A DNA stretch of 32,000 nucleotides from an uncultured Erysipelotrichaceae bacterium (GCA_964401865.1 CAYNZZ010000001.1:180001-212000), one strand, 5' to 3'. Counted from the first letter of the stretch, positions 19,336 to 28,145 are shown. Notes: generated by a model from the sequence alone, not told the origin. Numbers and translations are program-made.

Positions 19336-19385
19336 AATAATATTATAGCAGATGTTAAAATATAAAATGTAAGTGGTGAAATAGA

Positions 19386-19553
19386 ATGAAATTAATAATG
19401 TTGATTATCGAGATGGCTTTTTCAATCGTGATGACTTTTCTTTTTTGTGTTTATGTTGGTTATAAATTAGGGCAGGTTGTCATCGGTATTTTTGTCGGCT
19501 TCTTTTTAAGTATGGCTTATCTGGGCTATGCAGTATATAAAAATATTAAATAG
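19386..19553 (+). CDS. Small 2-TM membrane protein (55 aa), unknown function
   Basis: Absent from the ORF track (below its size cut-off). Translation: MKLIMLIIEMAFSIVMTFLFCVYVGYKLGQVVIGIFVGFFLSMAYLGYAVYKNIK. It has two clear hydrophobic helices and a ggtga purine patch ~8 nt upstream. The frame was verified (168 nt, TAG at 19551-19553). Confidence 0.45.
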   Translation: MKLIMLIIEMAFSIVMTFLFCVYVGYKLGQVVIGIFVGFFLSMAYLGYAVYKNIK

Positions 19554-19581
19554 AAAGCTGATTGATGATATAATTATACTT

Positions 19582-20211
19582 ATGAAAAAGTATGAATCTT
19601 TTAATGATTTAGTGAATTTAAAAGAAGCATTTGATAGAGGAGATGTGATTGCTTTTCCAACGGATACGGTCTTTGGTTTAGCAGTTATCTATGATGATAA
19701 AGAGGCAATAGAAAAGCTAAAGAGGATTAAAAATAGAGATGCTCATAAGCCTCTTCCAATGATGTGTTCAAGTATTGATATGATGGAAGAAGTTGCTGAT
19801 TTGTCTATGGATGCTAGAAAAATAGCGAAACACTTTTTTCCGGGTGCTTTGACGATGATTTTAAATAAAAAGAAACATATACCTGATTATGTAACTAATG
19901 GCTTTAAAACCATCGGGATAAGAATACCAAATTATGAAGGAATCTTAAAATTGATTGATTATATTGGCAAGCCTTTGCTTGTAACTAGTGCTAATATTTC
20001 TGGTCAAAAGTCGTTAAAAAGATATGAAGATGTAATCAATGAATTGCCAGATATTAATGGCATAATTTGTATCGATGCCTTTTCAGATACGGCTAGCACC
20101 ATCGTTGATATGACTGAAGATATTAAAGTATTAAGACAAGGTAAGATTGCCATAGAAGATATATTAAAATTGTTAAAGGAGAAAAAAGAATGCAAAAACC
20201 TGTATATATAA
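19582..20211 (+). CDS. tsaC: L-threonylcarbamoyladenylate synthase (Sua5/YwlC/TsaC family, short form)
   Basis: This is track ORF 19528..20211 trimmed to ATG 19582, because the upstream extension overlaps the small membrane ORF. Motifs: VIAFPTDTVFGLA, HKPLPMM, GIRIPN, LLVTSANISGQ. The start is uncertain because no clear SD is present. Confidence 0.82.
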   Translation: MKKYESFNDLVNLKEAFDRGDVIAFPTDTVFGLAVIYDDKEAIEKLKRIKNRDAHKPLPMMCSSIDMMEEVADLSMDARKIAKHFFPGALTMILNKKKHIPDYVTNGFKTIGIRIPNYEGILKLIDYIGKPLLVTSANISGQKSLKRYEDVINELPDINGIICIDAFSDTASTIVDMTEDIKVLRQGKIAIEDILKLLKEKKECKNLYI

Positions 20212-21812
20212 CCGGGCATAAGAATCCCGATACCGATTCAATCACTTCATCTATAGCCTACGCCAACTATAAAAGGGAACTTGGCGTTAATGCGATTGCC
20301 GGCAAAATCGGACCAGTAGGAAGCGAAGCCGAATATTTATTAGAACGTTTTGGTTTTGAAGAACCAACAACCCTTTTTACTGCTAAATCAACTATTAGAG
20401 ATATTGATATAGATAAAGCACAGATTAAACCAAAGACTATTACTGTTAAAGAAGCAATGGATGTCGTCGTTAAGAAAAACAATATGGGTATCATTGTAGC
20501 TGATAAAGAAAATCATTTGGAAGGTATTGTTGGTGTTGATGATTTGACATCTTTGTTAAGCAGCGATGATGCTTCAATGGTTGAAATAATGTCAAAAGTA
20601 AAACTTGATGACTTGGTTAAAACTTTAGAAGGAGAGATAATTCATGACATTAAAGAATTCAAGACCTGTGGTGTTATTGATTTCTTTCCGGGTTTTGATA
20701 CCAAGATAACATCTGCTTCTATCGCTATTACCAGCAACAACCCCGAAATTCAAAGACATTGCATCAATGAAAAGGTTGCTTGTCTTGTCGTAGTTGGTGA
20801 AAACTGGATTGATAGTTTAACTTTAAGCAAAGCTAAAGAAAATGGTGTTGCTGTTGTACATACTTCACTAAGCCCGCTAAGTGTTTCAAGACTTGTTTTC
20901 CAAGCCATAAGCATTGAACAGGTCATGGTTACAAAAGATAAGATTATTACTTTTAATCTATCTGACAATGTTGATGAAGCATCTGCAAAAATGGCTAAAA
21001 CTCGTTTTAGAAGTTATCCGGTTGTCGATGAAAATGGTAAAGTTATGGGAACAATTTCTCGTTATCATTTATTGAACTATCAAAAGAAACAGTTTATTTT
21101 GGTCGATCATAACGAAGTTAAGCAGACCATTGATGATATTGAAGAGGGCGAAGTTATTGAAATTGTCGATCACCATCGTTTAGGCGGTATTGAAACTATT
21201 AATCCTATTTCAATTACAACTATGGTTGTTGGGGCAACTTGCACAATCATCGCTCGCAAATATATGGAATCAAATATCAAATTGACTAAAGAGATGGCGG
21301 GTCTATTGCAAGGCGGAATCATCGCCGATACTTTAAACTTTAAATCACCTACCACTACTAAAATTGATATTGACACAGCCAAAGAACTTGAAAAGATTTC
21401 TGGTGTACCGATGGAAGAGCTTCATGAAGGATTGGTTAATTCCAGCGGCTCAATTTTAAACAAAAAGACTATTGATGTTATATACGGTGATTTCAAAGAA
21501 TTTAATATCAACAATAATAAAGTTGGTTTGAGTCAAACTCCATGCAAGACTGAAGAAGAATTTAATACTATTAAACCAATTGTTTTAGATTATATTGAAA
21601 AAGAATGTGAAAGCCAAAAATATGATATTATGATGGTTATTTTTACTAATCCTAATGCAAGTGGTTCATATATCTTATGTGCTGGCAAAAAGAAAGATAA
21701 GGTTCTTGATGGCTTTAGAGAGTTAAAGCTAATGGTCGGTGAATATGCCCCTAATGTTATTTCTAGAAAAAAACAGGTTTTGCCAGAAATTATTAAAATA
21801 TTAGAGCGTTAA
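20190..21812 (+). CDS. CBS-domain-containing family II (DHH/DHHA2) inorganic pyrophosphatase
   Basis: N-terminal DHH motif ITGHKNPDTDS; a central insert of ~250 aa with CBS/DRTGG-like sequence; LVDHNE and VDHHRLGG; DHHA2-like C-terminus. The SD aaaggaga is present, and the gene overlaps the tsaC end by 22 nt. Confidence 0.88.
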   Translation: MQKPVYITGHKNPDTDSITSSIAYANYKRELGVNAIAGKIGPVGSEAEYLLERFGFEEPTTLFTAKSTIRDIDIDKAQIKPKTITVKEAMDVVVKKNNMGIIVADKENHLEGIVGVDDLTSLLSSDDASMVEIMSKVKLDDLVKTLEGEIIHDIKEFKTCGVIDFFPGFDTKITSASIAITSNNPEIQRHCINEKVACLVVVGENWIDSLTLSKAKENGVAVVHTSLSPLSVSRLVFQAISIEQVMVTKDKIITFNLSDNVDEASAKMAKTRFRSYPVVDENGKVMGTISRYHLLNYQKKQFILVDHNEVKQTIDDIEEGEVIEIVDHHRLGGIETINPISITTMVVGATCTIIARKYMESNIKLTKEMAGLLQGGIIADTLNFKSPTTTKIDIDTAKELEKISGVPMEELHEGLVNSSGSILNKKTIDVIYGDFKEFNINNNKVGLSQTPCKTEEEFNTIKPIVLDYIEKECESQKYDIMMVIFTNPNASGSYILCAGKKKDKVLDGFRELKLMVGEYAPNVISRKKQVLPEIIKILER

Positions 21813-21815
21813 TTT

Positions 21816-22724
21816 ATGACTAAGACATTATATACCAACGCTCATATTTGCAAAGATGGACATACCGCTTTTGAAAAAGGAGCATTGTTAGTAGAAGATG
21901 GTAAGATAGACAAAGTGTTTTATCAAATTCCTAAAGATATAGATTTGGATGTCAAAGTAATTGATATGCAGTCAAACTATATTTTGCCAAGTATTTTTAG
22001 CTATGTTTCAATTGATGACATAGATGTTCAAGATGATTTTTCTATGTCTTTGGCAATTATGGGTGTTGCATCGTTTGTGGCAACTTTATCTTTAAAAGGC
22101 GAAAGAGATATTGATAAACTCATTAAATTTAAACCTAATCGTTACAAGTATAGTAAGTGTTTTGGTTTACATCTGATTATAGATAAAAGTGATATTCCTG
22201 ATGATGTATGTGATTGGCTCAATACTTCTGATTGTATTATTTCATTGAGCTTTAAACCTAATGTTGATCAAGCCGTCATTGATATCTTTAAGAAGGCTAA
22301 TCGTAAAGTGTTTATCCAAAATGGCAATCAAGGGCATATTAGTTTAAATATTGATGGTTATTGGAATTTGTTATCAAAACATTTTACCTATGATCCATTT
22401 CGACCAAACATTTTCTCGAATGCGATGTTAAGCGAGGACAAGTATATTAATGTCGAAGATAATCTATATCCTGATAGTTTAAAACTTTTGTTTAAAAATC
22501 ATGATATGCGTTATGTTTTAGCGAGCGGATCGATTAAGAGCTATCTTGATTTAGGATTAGATTTAATGGATATTAGTAATATCTTTGCGTTAAATTATTA
22601 TCGTTTATATAATATTTCTAAAGAATATGGGGCATTAATTCATGGCAAACAAGCCAATTTTATTGTGCTTGATAAAAACTATGATATTATTGCCAGCTTT
22701 GTAAAAGGAGAACTTGTTCGATGA
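21816..22724 (+). CDS. Amidohydrolase-superfamily (NagA-like) protein with degenerate metal site
   Basis: N-terminal beta-sandwich element LYTNAHICKDGHTAFEKGALLVEDGKIDKVF; NagA-like GVASFVATL; C-terminal GALIHGKQANFIVLDKNYDIIASFVKGELV. The expected PGxIDxHxHG is replaced by PSIFSYVSIDD, which has no His. Confidence 0.6.
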   Translation: MTKTLYTNAHICKDGHTAFEKGALLVEDGKIDKVFYQIPKDIDLDVKVIDMQSNYILPSIFSYVSIDDIDVQDDFSMSLAIMGVASFVATLSLKGERDIDKLIKFKPNRYKYSKCFGLHLIIDKSDIPDDVCDWLNTSDCIISLSFKPNVDQAVIDIFKKANRKVFIQNGNQGHISLNIDGYWNLLSKHFTYDPFRPNIFSNAMLSEDKYINVEDNLYPDSLKLLFKNHDMRYVLASGSIKSYLDLGLDLMDISNIFALNYYRLYNISKEYGALIHGKQANFIVLDKNYDIIASFVKGELVR

Positions 22725-22936
22725 TATATTTTACTCGTCTAGTGATATATTTTTTATCTTTTATTGTTAGTTCATACGCTTTAAGTGCTTTCGATTTTAA
22801 TCGTTTTTTAAAGAAGAATAGCGTAATGAAAGCTCAAGTATTCTACTTATTGATCGCAATGTCGTTGGCCTTTTTGGTTGCTCAATTCATTATGGGAATC
22901 ATGTATGGCTTTAGAGATATACAATCAATAATCTAA
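22721..22936 (+). CDS. DUF1146/YwzB-like small membrane protein
   Basis: A 71-aa 2-TM protein: VIYFLSFIVSSYALSAFDFNRFLKKNSVMKAQVFYLLIAMSLAFLVAQF resembles the Bacillus YwzB pattern (from memory). The start overlaps the upstream gene at an ATGA. Confidence 0.55.
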   Translation: MIYFTRLVIYFLSFIVSSYALSAFDFNRFLKKNSVMKAQVFYLLIAMSLAFLVAQFIMGIMYGFRDIQSII

Positions 22937-22972
22937 TGATGATATAATTACTTGGTCAAGGAGGTGTCGAAA

Positions 22973-24100
22973 GTGAATTTAATAATTGGTGCATTACCAT
23001 ATTTTACCGTTGCGTTTTTGATATCTCTTTTGTTTACCCCTATTGCCAAAAGAATAGGCTTTTCACTTAATATTTATGCTCAAGAGAATAATCGTACTGT
23101 TCATCATGGAAGAATTGTTAGAATTGGTGGTATGTCCATTTTTTTGGCCTTTATTATTACGATGTCAATTTTCGTGAAAGCCGATAAGACGATAAATGCG
23201 ATATTGGTCGGTTCTTTAATTATTTTCTTAGGCGGTTTTATTGATGATATCTATGATTTAAAACCTATCATTAAATTGGGATTTCAAATAGTCGCTGCTT
23301 TATGGGTTATCGTGGTCGGTAAAGTATCATTAGATTTTATCAATCTTGAATTTATCAGCGTTGATATCAGTGCTATATCGTTTGTTGTCTCGCTTATTTG
23401 GATTGTGGGCGTGTCTAATGCGATTAATTTAATTGATGGATTGGATGGTTTGTCGAGTGGCATATCATTTATTGTTCTATGTGTAATTGGATTGATCGGT
23501 TTTTTTATGGGGCGAAGAGATATTTGCGTCATCGCTTTAATTATGATTGGTGGTATAGCTGGGTTTTTACCTTATAACTTTCATCCGGCATCAATATTTG
23601 TTGGTGATTGTGGTGCTTTGTTTATGGGCTTTATTATTGCCTGTCTGTCTTTGCTAGGCTTTAAAACTTCAACATTTATCACTCTTGGTTTTCCGATTAT
23701 AATTTTATTTGTGCCACTATCTGATACGATGTTGGCTATTATCAGAAGAAAATTAAAGGGTCAGAAAATATCCGAAGCTGATAGATCGCATCTTCATCAT
23801 ATATTGATGTATAAGATAGGCTTATCACATCGTAATACTGTATTGCTTTTATATTTTGAAACATTTTTATTTGCATCATGCGCTGTACTTACTTACTTTA
23901 ATGAAAGATTAGGTATCATATTTTTAGCTATTTTATGCTTTGGGGCTTGGATGTTTATTGAATTGACGGGTATGATAAATCCAAACTTTCATCCGATTAT
24001 CGGTTTTATGCGCAGAACTATTGGTCATCCTAAGAAAAGTGATAATGCTTTTTTTGAGGCAAATAAAACCAAACATGAAGAGAGAGTGCTAAAGAAGTGA
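22973..24100 (+). CDS. tagO: Glycosyltransferase family 4 polyprenyl-phosphate N-acetylhexosamine-1-phosphate transferase (TagO/WecA/MraY-like)
   Basis: This is track ORF 22952..24100 trimmed to GTG 22973, which follows the strong SD aaggaggtg (22958-22966). Motifs: GGFIDDIYDL (DDxxD), NAINLIDGLDGL, FVGDCGALFMGF. The protein has about 10-11 TM helices. The gene symbol is tentative. Confidence 0.85.
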   Translation: MNLIIGALPYFTVAFLISLLFTPIAKRIGFSLNIYAQENNRTVHHGRIVRIGGMSIFLAFIITMSIFVKADKTINAILVGSLIIFLGGFIDDIYDLKPIIKLGFQIVAALWVIVVGKVSLDFINLEFISVDISAISFVVSLIWIVGVSNAINLIDGLDGLSSGISFIVLCVIGLIGFFMGRRDICVIALIMIGGIAGFLPYNFHPASIFVGDCGALFMGFIIACLSLLGFKTSTFITLGFPIIILFVPLSDTMLAIIRRKLKGQKISEADRSHLHHILMYKIGLSHRNTVLLLYFETFLFASCAVLTYFNERLGIIFLAILCFGAWMFIELTGMINPNFHPIIGFMRRTIGHPKKSDNAFFEANKTKHEERVLKK

Positions 24101-24137
24101 AAGAATTGTGTAAGTTATCACACAATTCTTTTTTTAT
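24101..24137 (+). terminator. Rho-independent terminator
   Basis: A perfect 11-bp stem, aagaattgtgt (24101-24111) / acacaattctt (24120-24130), is followed by ttttttt. Confidence 0.75.
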
Positions 24138-24178
24138 TATTTTTAATATGATAGAATTCGCAAGAAAGGGGTGTTGCT

Positions 24179-26335
24179 ATGAGAAAATTATTATCCTATT
24201 TAAAACCGTTCTGGTGGATAATAATATTGGTTATCGGTTTAACGTTTGCCCAAGTTCAGACCGAATTATCTCTACCAGATTACATGAGTGATATTGTAAC
24301 TAATGGCATTCAATATGGTGGCATAAAAGATTCTACTCCTGTAGCGATTAGAAAGAGCCAAATGGATAAAGTTACCATCTTTTTAGACGACGAAAAGATG
24401 GAAGAAGTTTTACAAAACTATAGTTTAGTTAAAGAAAATAGCGAAGTAAAAATTGAAAATCAATTAGTTAGATTTAATGAAGATATATATGTTTTAAATG
24501 ATGATCACGAAGATATATCTAATACAATGATTAGACCACTTGTGTATGCTTATACAGTAGAACAGATGGAAAATGCTGATGAAATATTTGCAATGATATC
24601 TTCTTCAAGTGAAATGAAAAACAAAATAATTGGCGAAATAGATACACAAATTGCCAGTTATGAAGATAACTTGTCAAGTGTAGCGATGATGCTACTCACT
24701 GAGGAATATCAAGCGGTCGGTATCAATGCTGAAACATTGCAGACCAACTATATACTATATACTGGTTTAGAGATGTTAGGTGTTTCACTTATTGGTGTAG
24801 TATGTCAGATTTTATCGACTTATCTTGCGACAATGGTGGCAGCTAAGGTAGCTAGAAATTTGCGCCACGATGTCTTTAGTAAAGTTGAATCTTTCTCGAG
24901 TGCAGAATTTTCTAAGTTTTCATCTTCATCATTAATCACAAGAACAACCAACGATATTCAACAGGTACAGATGTTGGTACAGATGATGTTAAGAATTGTG
25001 CTAATGGCACCGATGATGGGAATTGTATCGGTATTTAAAGTATTTAGATATCCTGATATGCTTTGGATATTGCTGGTAGCGCTTGCTGTGATTTCTGTTT
25101 TAATGGTCATTACTCTTCTTGTAGCGATGCCACGCTTTAAAAAGATTCAATCTTTGGTTGACCGTTTGAATAACGTTATGCGTGAATTCTTGGATGGTAT
25201 TTTAGTGATTCGAGCTTTCAATTCTCAAAAACATGAAGAAGATCGTTTTGATGTCGCTAACAAAGATTTAAGCAAAACTAATTTATTTGTATCGAGAACG
25301 ATGTCAATAATGATGCCGGTTATGAGCTTCATTATGAATGCAATGACAGTTTTGATTATTTGGTTTGGAGCAGAACAGATTAATATCAATGCGATGTCGG
25401 TTGGTGAAATGATGGCGTTTATTCAATATGCTGTTCATGTCATAATGTCATTTATGATTGTTGCGATGATATGGGTTATGATACCGAGATCACTAGTAAG
25501 TGCCAATCGTATCTTTGAAGTATTAGATAGTGAAAACAGCATTGTCGATAAAGAAAAGACCGTTGCTTTACCAAATGAAAATGGTTCTTTGGTCTTTAAA
25601 GATGTTTCGTTTAAGTATCCACATGCTGAGGAATATGTCTTGAAAAATATTTCCTTTGAAGCTAATCCTAAAGAAACAGTGGCTTTTATCGGTTCGACTG
25701 GCAGCGGCAAATCGACTCTTATCAAATTGATACCGAGATTATTTGATGTCAGTGATGGCGTGATTACTTATGATGGAATTGATATTCGCGATCTTAAGCA
25801 GGAAGAATTGAGAAATCGAATTGGTTATGTGCCACAAAAAGTTGTACTGTTTACTGGTGATATTGAATCAAACATTAAGTTTGGGCGTGAAGTAGATGCC
25901 AAACATCTTAAAGAAGCCATTGAAGTATCACAATCTAAAAATATTATCGAAGAAAAAGAAGAAGGTTTAAAAAGCCCTATTGTTCAAGGTGGAACAAATG
26001 TTTCTGGCGGTCAAAAACAACGCCTATCAATCGCTAGAGCTTTGGCTTCAGATGCAGGAATATACATTTTTGATGATTCTTTTTCAGCTTTAGATTATCA
26101 GACCGATAAGAAATTAAGAGCTTCATTAAGCAAGATGATAGAAAAAACCAATTCCATTGTCTTGATCGTTGCTCAAAGGATATCGACTATCAAAAATGCC
26201 GATCGTATTATCGTTTTATCAGAAGGCGAAATAGTTGGTAGCGGAACTCATGAAGAGTTAATGAAAAGCTGTGCTGTCTATCAGGAAATAGCTAAGTCAC
26301 AGTTGAGTGAGGAGGAATTAGCTTATGCGTCATAA
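24179..26335 (+). CDS. ABC exporter half-transporter (TMD-NBD), the degenerate-site subunit of a heterodimer, with a ~145-aa insertion in extracellular loop 1
   Basis: Walker A GSTGSGKST; canonical signature VSGGQKQRLSIARAL; Walker B IYIFDD, with Asp in place of the catalytic Glu; H-loop VAQRIST, with Gln in place of His. Residues ~42-188 between TM1 and TM2 are hydrophilic. Confidence 0.9.
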   Translation: MRKLLSYLKPFWWIIILVIGLTFAQVQTELSLPDYMSDIVTNGIQYGGIKDSTPVAIRKSQMDKVTIFLDDEKMEEVLQNYSLVKENSEVKIENQLVRFNEDIYVLNDDHEDISNTMIRPLVYAYTVEQMENADEIFAMISSSSEMKNKIIGEIDTQIASYEDNLSSVAMMLLTEEYQAVGINAETLQTNYILYTGLEMLGVSLIGVVCQILSTYLATMVAAKVARNLRHDVFSKVESFSSAEFSKFSSSSLITRTTNDIQQVQMLVQMMLRIVLMAPMMGIVSVFKVFRYPDMLWILLVALAVISVLMVITLLVAMPRFKKIQSLVDRLNNVMREFLDGILVIRAFNSQKHEEDRFDVANKDLSKTNLFVSRTMSIMMPVMSFIMNAMTVLIIWFGAEQININAMSVGEMMAFIQYAVHVIMSFMIVAMIWVMIPRSLVSANRIFEVLDSENSIVDKEKTVALPNENGSLVFKDVSFKYPHAEEYVLKNISFEANPKETVAFIGSTGSGKSTLIKLIPRLFDVSDGVITYDGIDIRDLKQEELRNRIGYVPQKVVLFTGDIESNIKFGREVDAKHLKEAIEVSQSKNIIEEKEEGLKSPIVQGGTNVSGGQKQRLSIARALASDAGIYIFDDSFSALDYQTDKKLRASLSKMIEKTNSIVLIVAQRISTIKNADRIIVLSEGEIVGSGTHEELMKSCAVYQEIAKSQLSEEELAYAS

Positions 26336-28145
26336 TGGTTCAGGTAAGATGCCTAAGACTAAAGCCAAGGATTTTAAAAAGACTGTTTATGATCTTTTGA
26401 CATATTTGCGCCCATACTATTTTAAGATTATTTTTGTTTTGTGTATTACGATAATTGGAACTGTCTTGACTATTGTTGGACCAAAGATTTCCGGTCAAGC
26501 TACTACTAAATTATTCGAGGGTGTAGTATCAAAGGCGCAAGGTGGCGCAGGTATTGACTTTGACGGAATATTTAAAATTCTAATTGCTTTACTATGTATA
26601 TATGTTGCTGGTTTACTTATCACGTATGTTTCTAACTGGATATTGTCAGGTGTTTCCACGTCTATTTCTTATAATCTGAGAAAAGATATCAGTGAAAAAA
26701 TCAATCGCTTGCCGTTAAAATATTTTGATAAGCAGACACATGGCGAAGTATTATCAAGAGTTACAAATGATGTTGATAATATCTCACAGAATCTTAATTC
26801 GACAATTCAACAGATTTTAAGCAGTGTCGTAACTGTGGTTGGTGTTTTGGCAATGATGTTGTCGATTTCATGGAAATTAACTATCATCGGCTTATTGGTT
26901 ATTCCAAGTTCGGGATTGTGTGCAGCTTTTATTGTTAAGAAATCGCAAAAATATTTCTATAAGCAGCAAGAATACTTAGGCCATGTCAATGGCCATATTG
27001 AAGAAATGTATTCTGGTCATTTGGTTATTAAGACTTTCAATTACGAAGATAGAGCTATCGAAGACTTCGATAAGATGAATGAAGAATTATTTGCATCAGC
27101 GCATAAATCACAATTCTTATCAGCGGTTATGCATCCAATTACTGTATTTTTGGGTAATATTGGTTATGTAGCGGTATGTCTTGTGGGCGGTTTTGAAGTT
27201 ATTGCAGGCAATATTCCTCTAGGCGATATTCAAGCTTTCATTCAGTATGTGAGACAATTAAATCAGCCAGTTAGCCAAGTCGCACAAATAATGAATGTCA
27301 TTCAATCAATGACAGCTTCCGCTGAAAGAGTATTTGAAATATTAAATGAAGAGGAAGAGATAAAAGATACTGAAAACCCAGTTTCTATTTATGATGAAAA
27401 TGGTAACTTAAATATTAAGGGCAATGTAACATTCGAAAATGTAAGGTTTGGATACGATCCCGATGAAATTATTATTAAGAATTTCTCGATGTATGTAGCA
27501 CCTGGCAAGCAGGTAGCGATTGTTGGTCCGACGGGAGCCGGCAAGACTACTCTAGTAAAACTATTAATGCGTTTTTATGAATTAAATGGCGGTTCAATCT
27601 ATGTTGATGGTCAAAACATCAATGACTATACAAGAAAAGATTTGCGTTCATTATTTGGTATGGTTTTACAAGATGCTTGGTTATACTCCGGAAGTATAAA
27701 AGACAATATTAAATATGGTAAACCTGATGCGAGTGATGAAGAGGTTGTTCAAGCCTGCAAAATGGCACATGTTGATCATTTTATCAGAACTTTAGATAAT
27801 GGATACGATACAGAGATATCTGAAGAGACAAGCGCAATATCGCAAGGTCAAAAACAACTACTAACTATCGCAAGAGCCTTTTTAAAAAATCCTAAGATTT
27901 TAATTCTTGATGAAGCGACATCCAGTGTTGATACGAGAACTGAACAATTGATTCAAAAAGGTATGGAAGCTTTAATGAAAGGCAGAACTTCATTTGTCAT
28001 AGCTCATCGTCTATCGACAATCAAAAACTCTGATCTTATCATCGTGCTAAATGAGGGTGATATTGTTGAAGTCGGAAATCATGAGGAATTATTAGAAAAG
28101 AATGGTTTTTATTCTAAACTATATAACTCACAATTTGAGGGCTAA
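26325..28145 (+). CDS. ABC exporter half-transporter (TMD-NBD), the consensus-site subunit of the heterodimer
   Basis: The SD gaggagga is present and the gene overlaps the partner gene by 11 nt. Walker A GPTGAGKTT; Walker B ILILDEATSSVD with canonical Glu; H-loop VIAHRLST; degenerate signature ISQGQKQ. Confidence 0.9.
   Translation: MRHNGSGKMPKTKAKDFKKTVYDLLTYLRPYYFKIIFVLCITIIGTVLTIVGPKISGQATTKLFEGVVSKAQGGAGIDFDGIFKILIALLCIYVAGLLITYVSNWILSGVSTSISYNLRKDISEKINRLPLKYFDKQTHGEVLSRVTNDVDNISQNLNSTIQQILSSVVTVVGVLAMMLSISWKLTIIGLLVIPSSGLCAAFIVKKSQKYFYKQQEYLGHVNGHIEEMYSGHLVIKTFNYEDRAIEDFDKMNEELFASAHKSQFLSAVMHPITVFLGNIGYVAVCLVGGFEVIAGNIPLGDIQAFIQYVRQLNQPVSQVAQIMNVIQSMTASAERVFEILNEEEEIKDTENPVSIYDENGNLNIKGNVTFENVRFGYDPDEIIIKNFSMYVAPGKQVAIVGPTGAGKTTLVKLLMRFYELNGGSIYVDGQNINDYTRKDLRSLFGMVLQDAWLYSGSIKDNIKYGKPDASDEEVVQACKMAHVDHFIRTLDNGYDTEISEETSAISQGQKQLLTIARAFLKNPKILILDEATSSVDTRTEQLIQKGMEALMKGRTSFVIAHRLSTIKNSDLIIVLNEGDIVEVGNHEELLEKNGFYSKLYNSQFEG

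Noticed and set aside
19528-19581. N-terminal extension of the tsaC ORF (MQYIKILNRKLIDDIIIL)
   Set aside because: It overlaps the 3' end of the 55-aa membrane ORF in another frame. Sua5/TsaC homologues begin shortly before the PTDTV motif, so the internal ATG at 19582 fits better.
20004-23532. Minus-strand ORFs 20004..20219, 20267..20494, 20750..20968, 21170..21382 and 23284..23532
   Set aside because: All lie antisense within well-supported plus-strand genes (tsaC, the CBS-PPase gene, tagO). They have no SDs and low-complexity translations.
24097-24291. Plus-strand ORF 24097..24291
   Set aside because: It starts inside the tagO stop region, reads through a perfect 11-bp terminator hairpin and the ABC promoter, and then runs out of frame into the ABC gene. 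It is not a plausible gene.
25435-25725. Minus-strand ORF 25435..25725
   Set aside because: It lies antisense to the Walker A region of the ABC exporter, so it is a shadow ORF.
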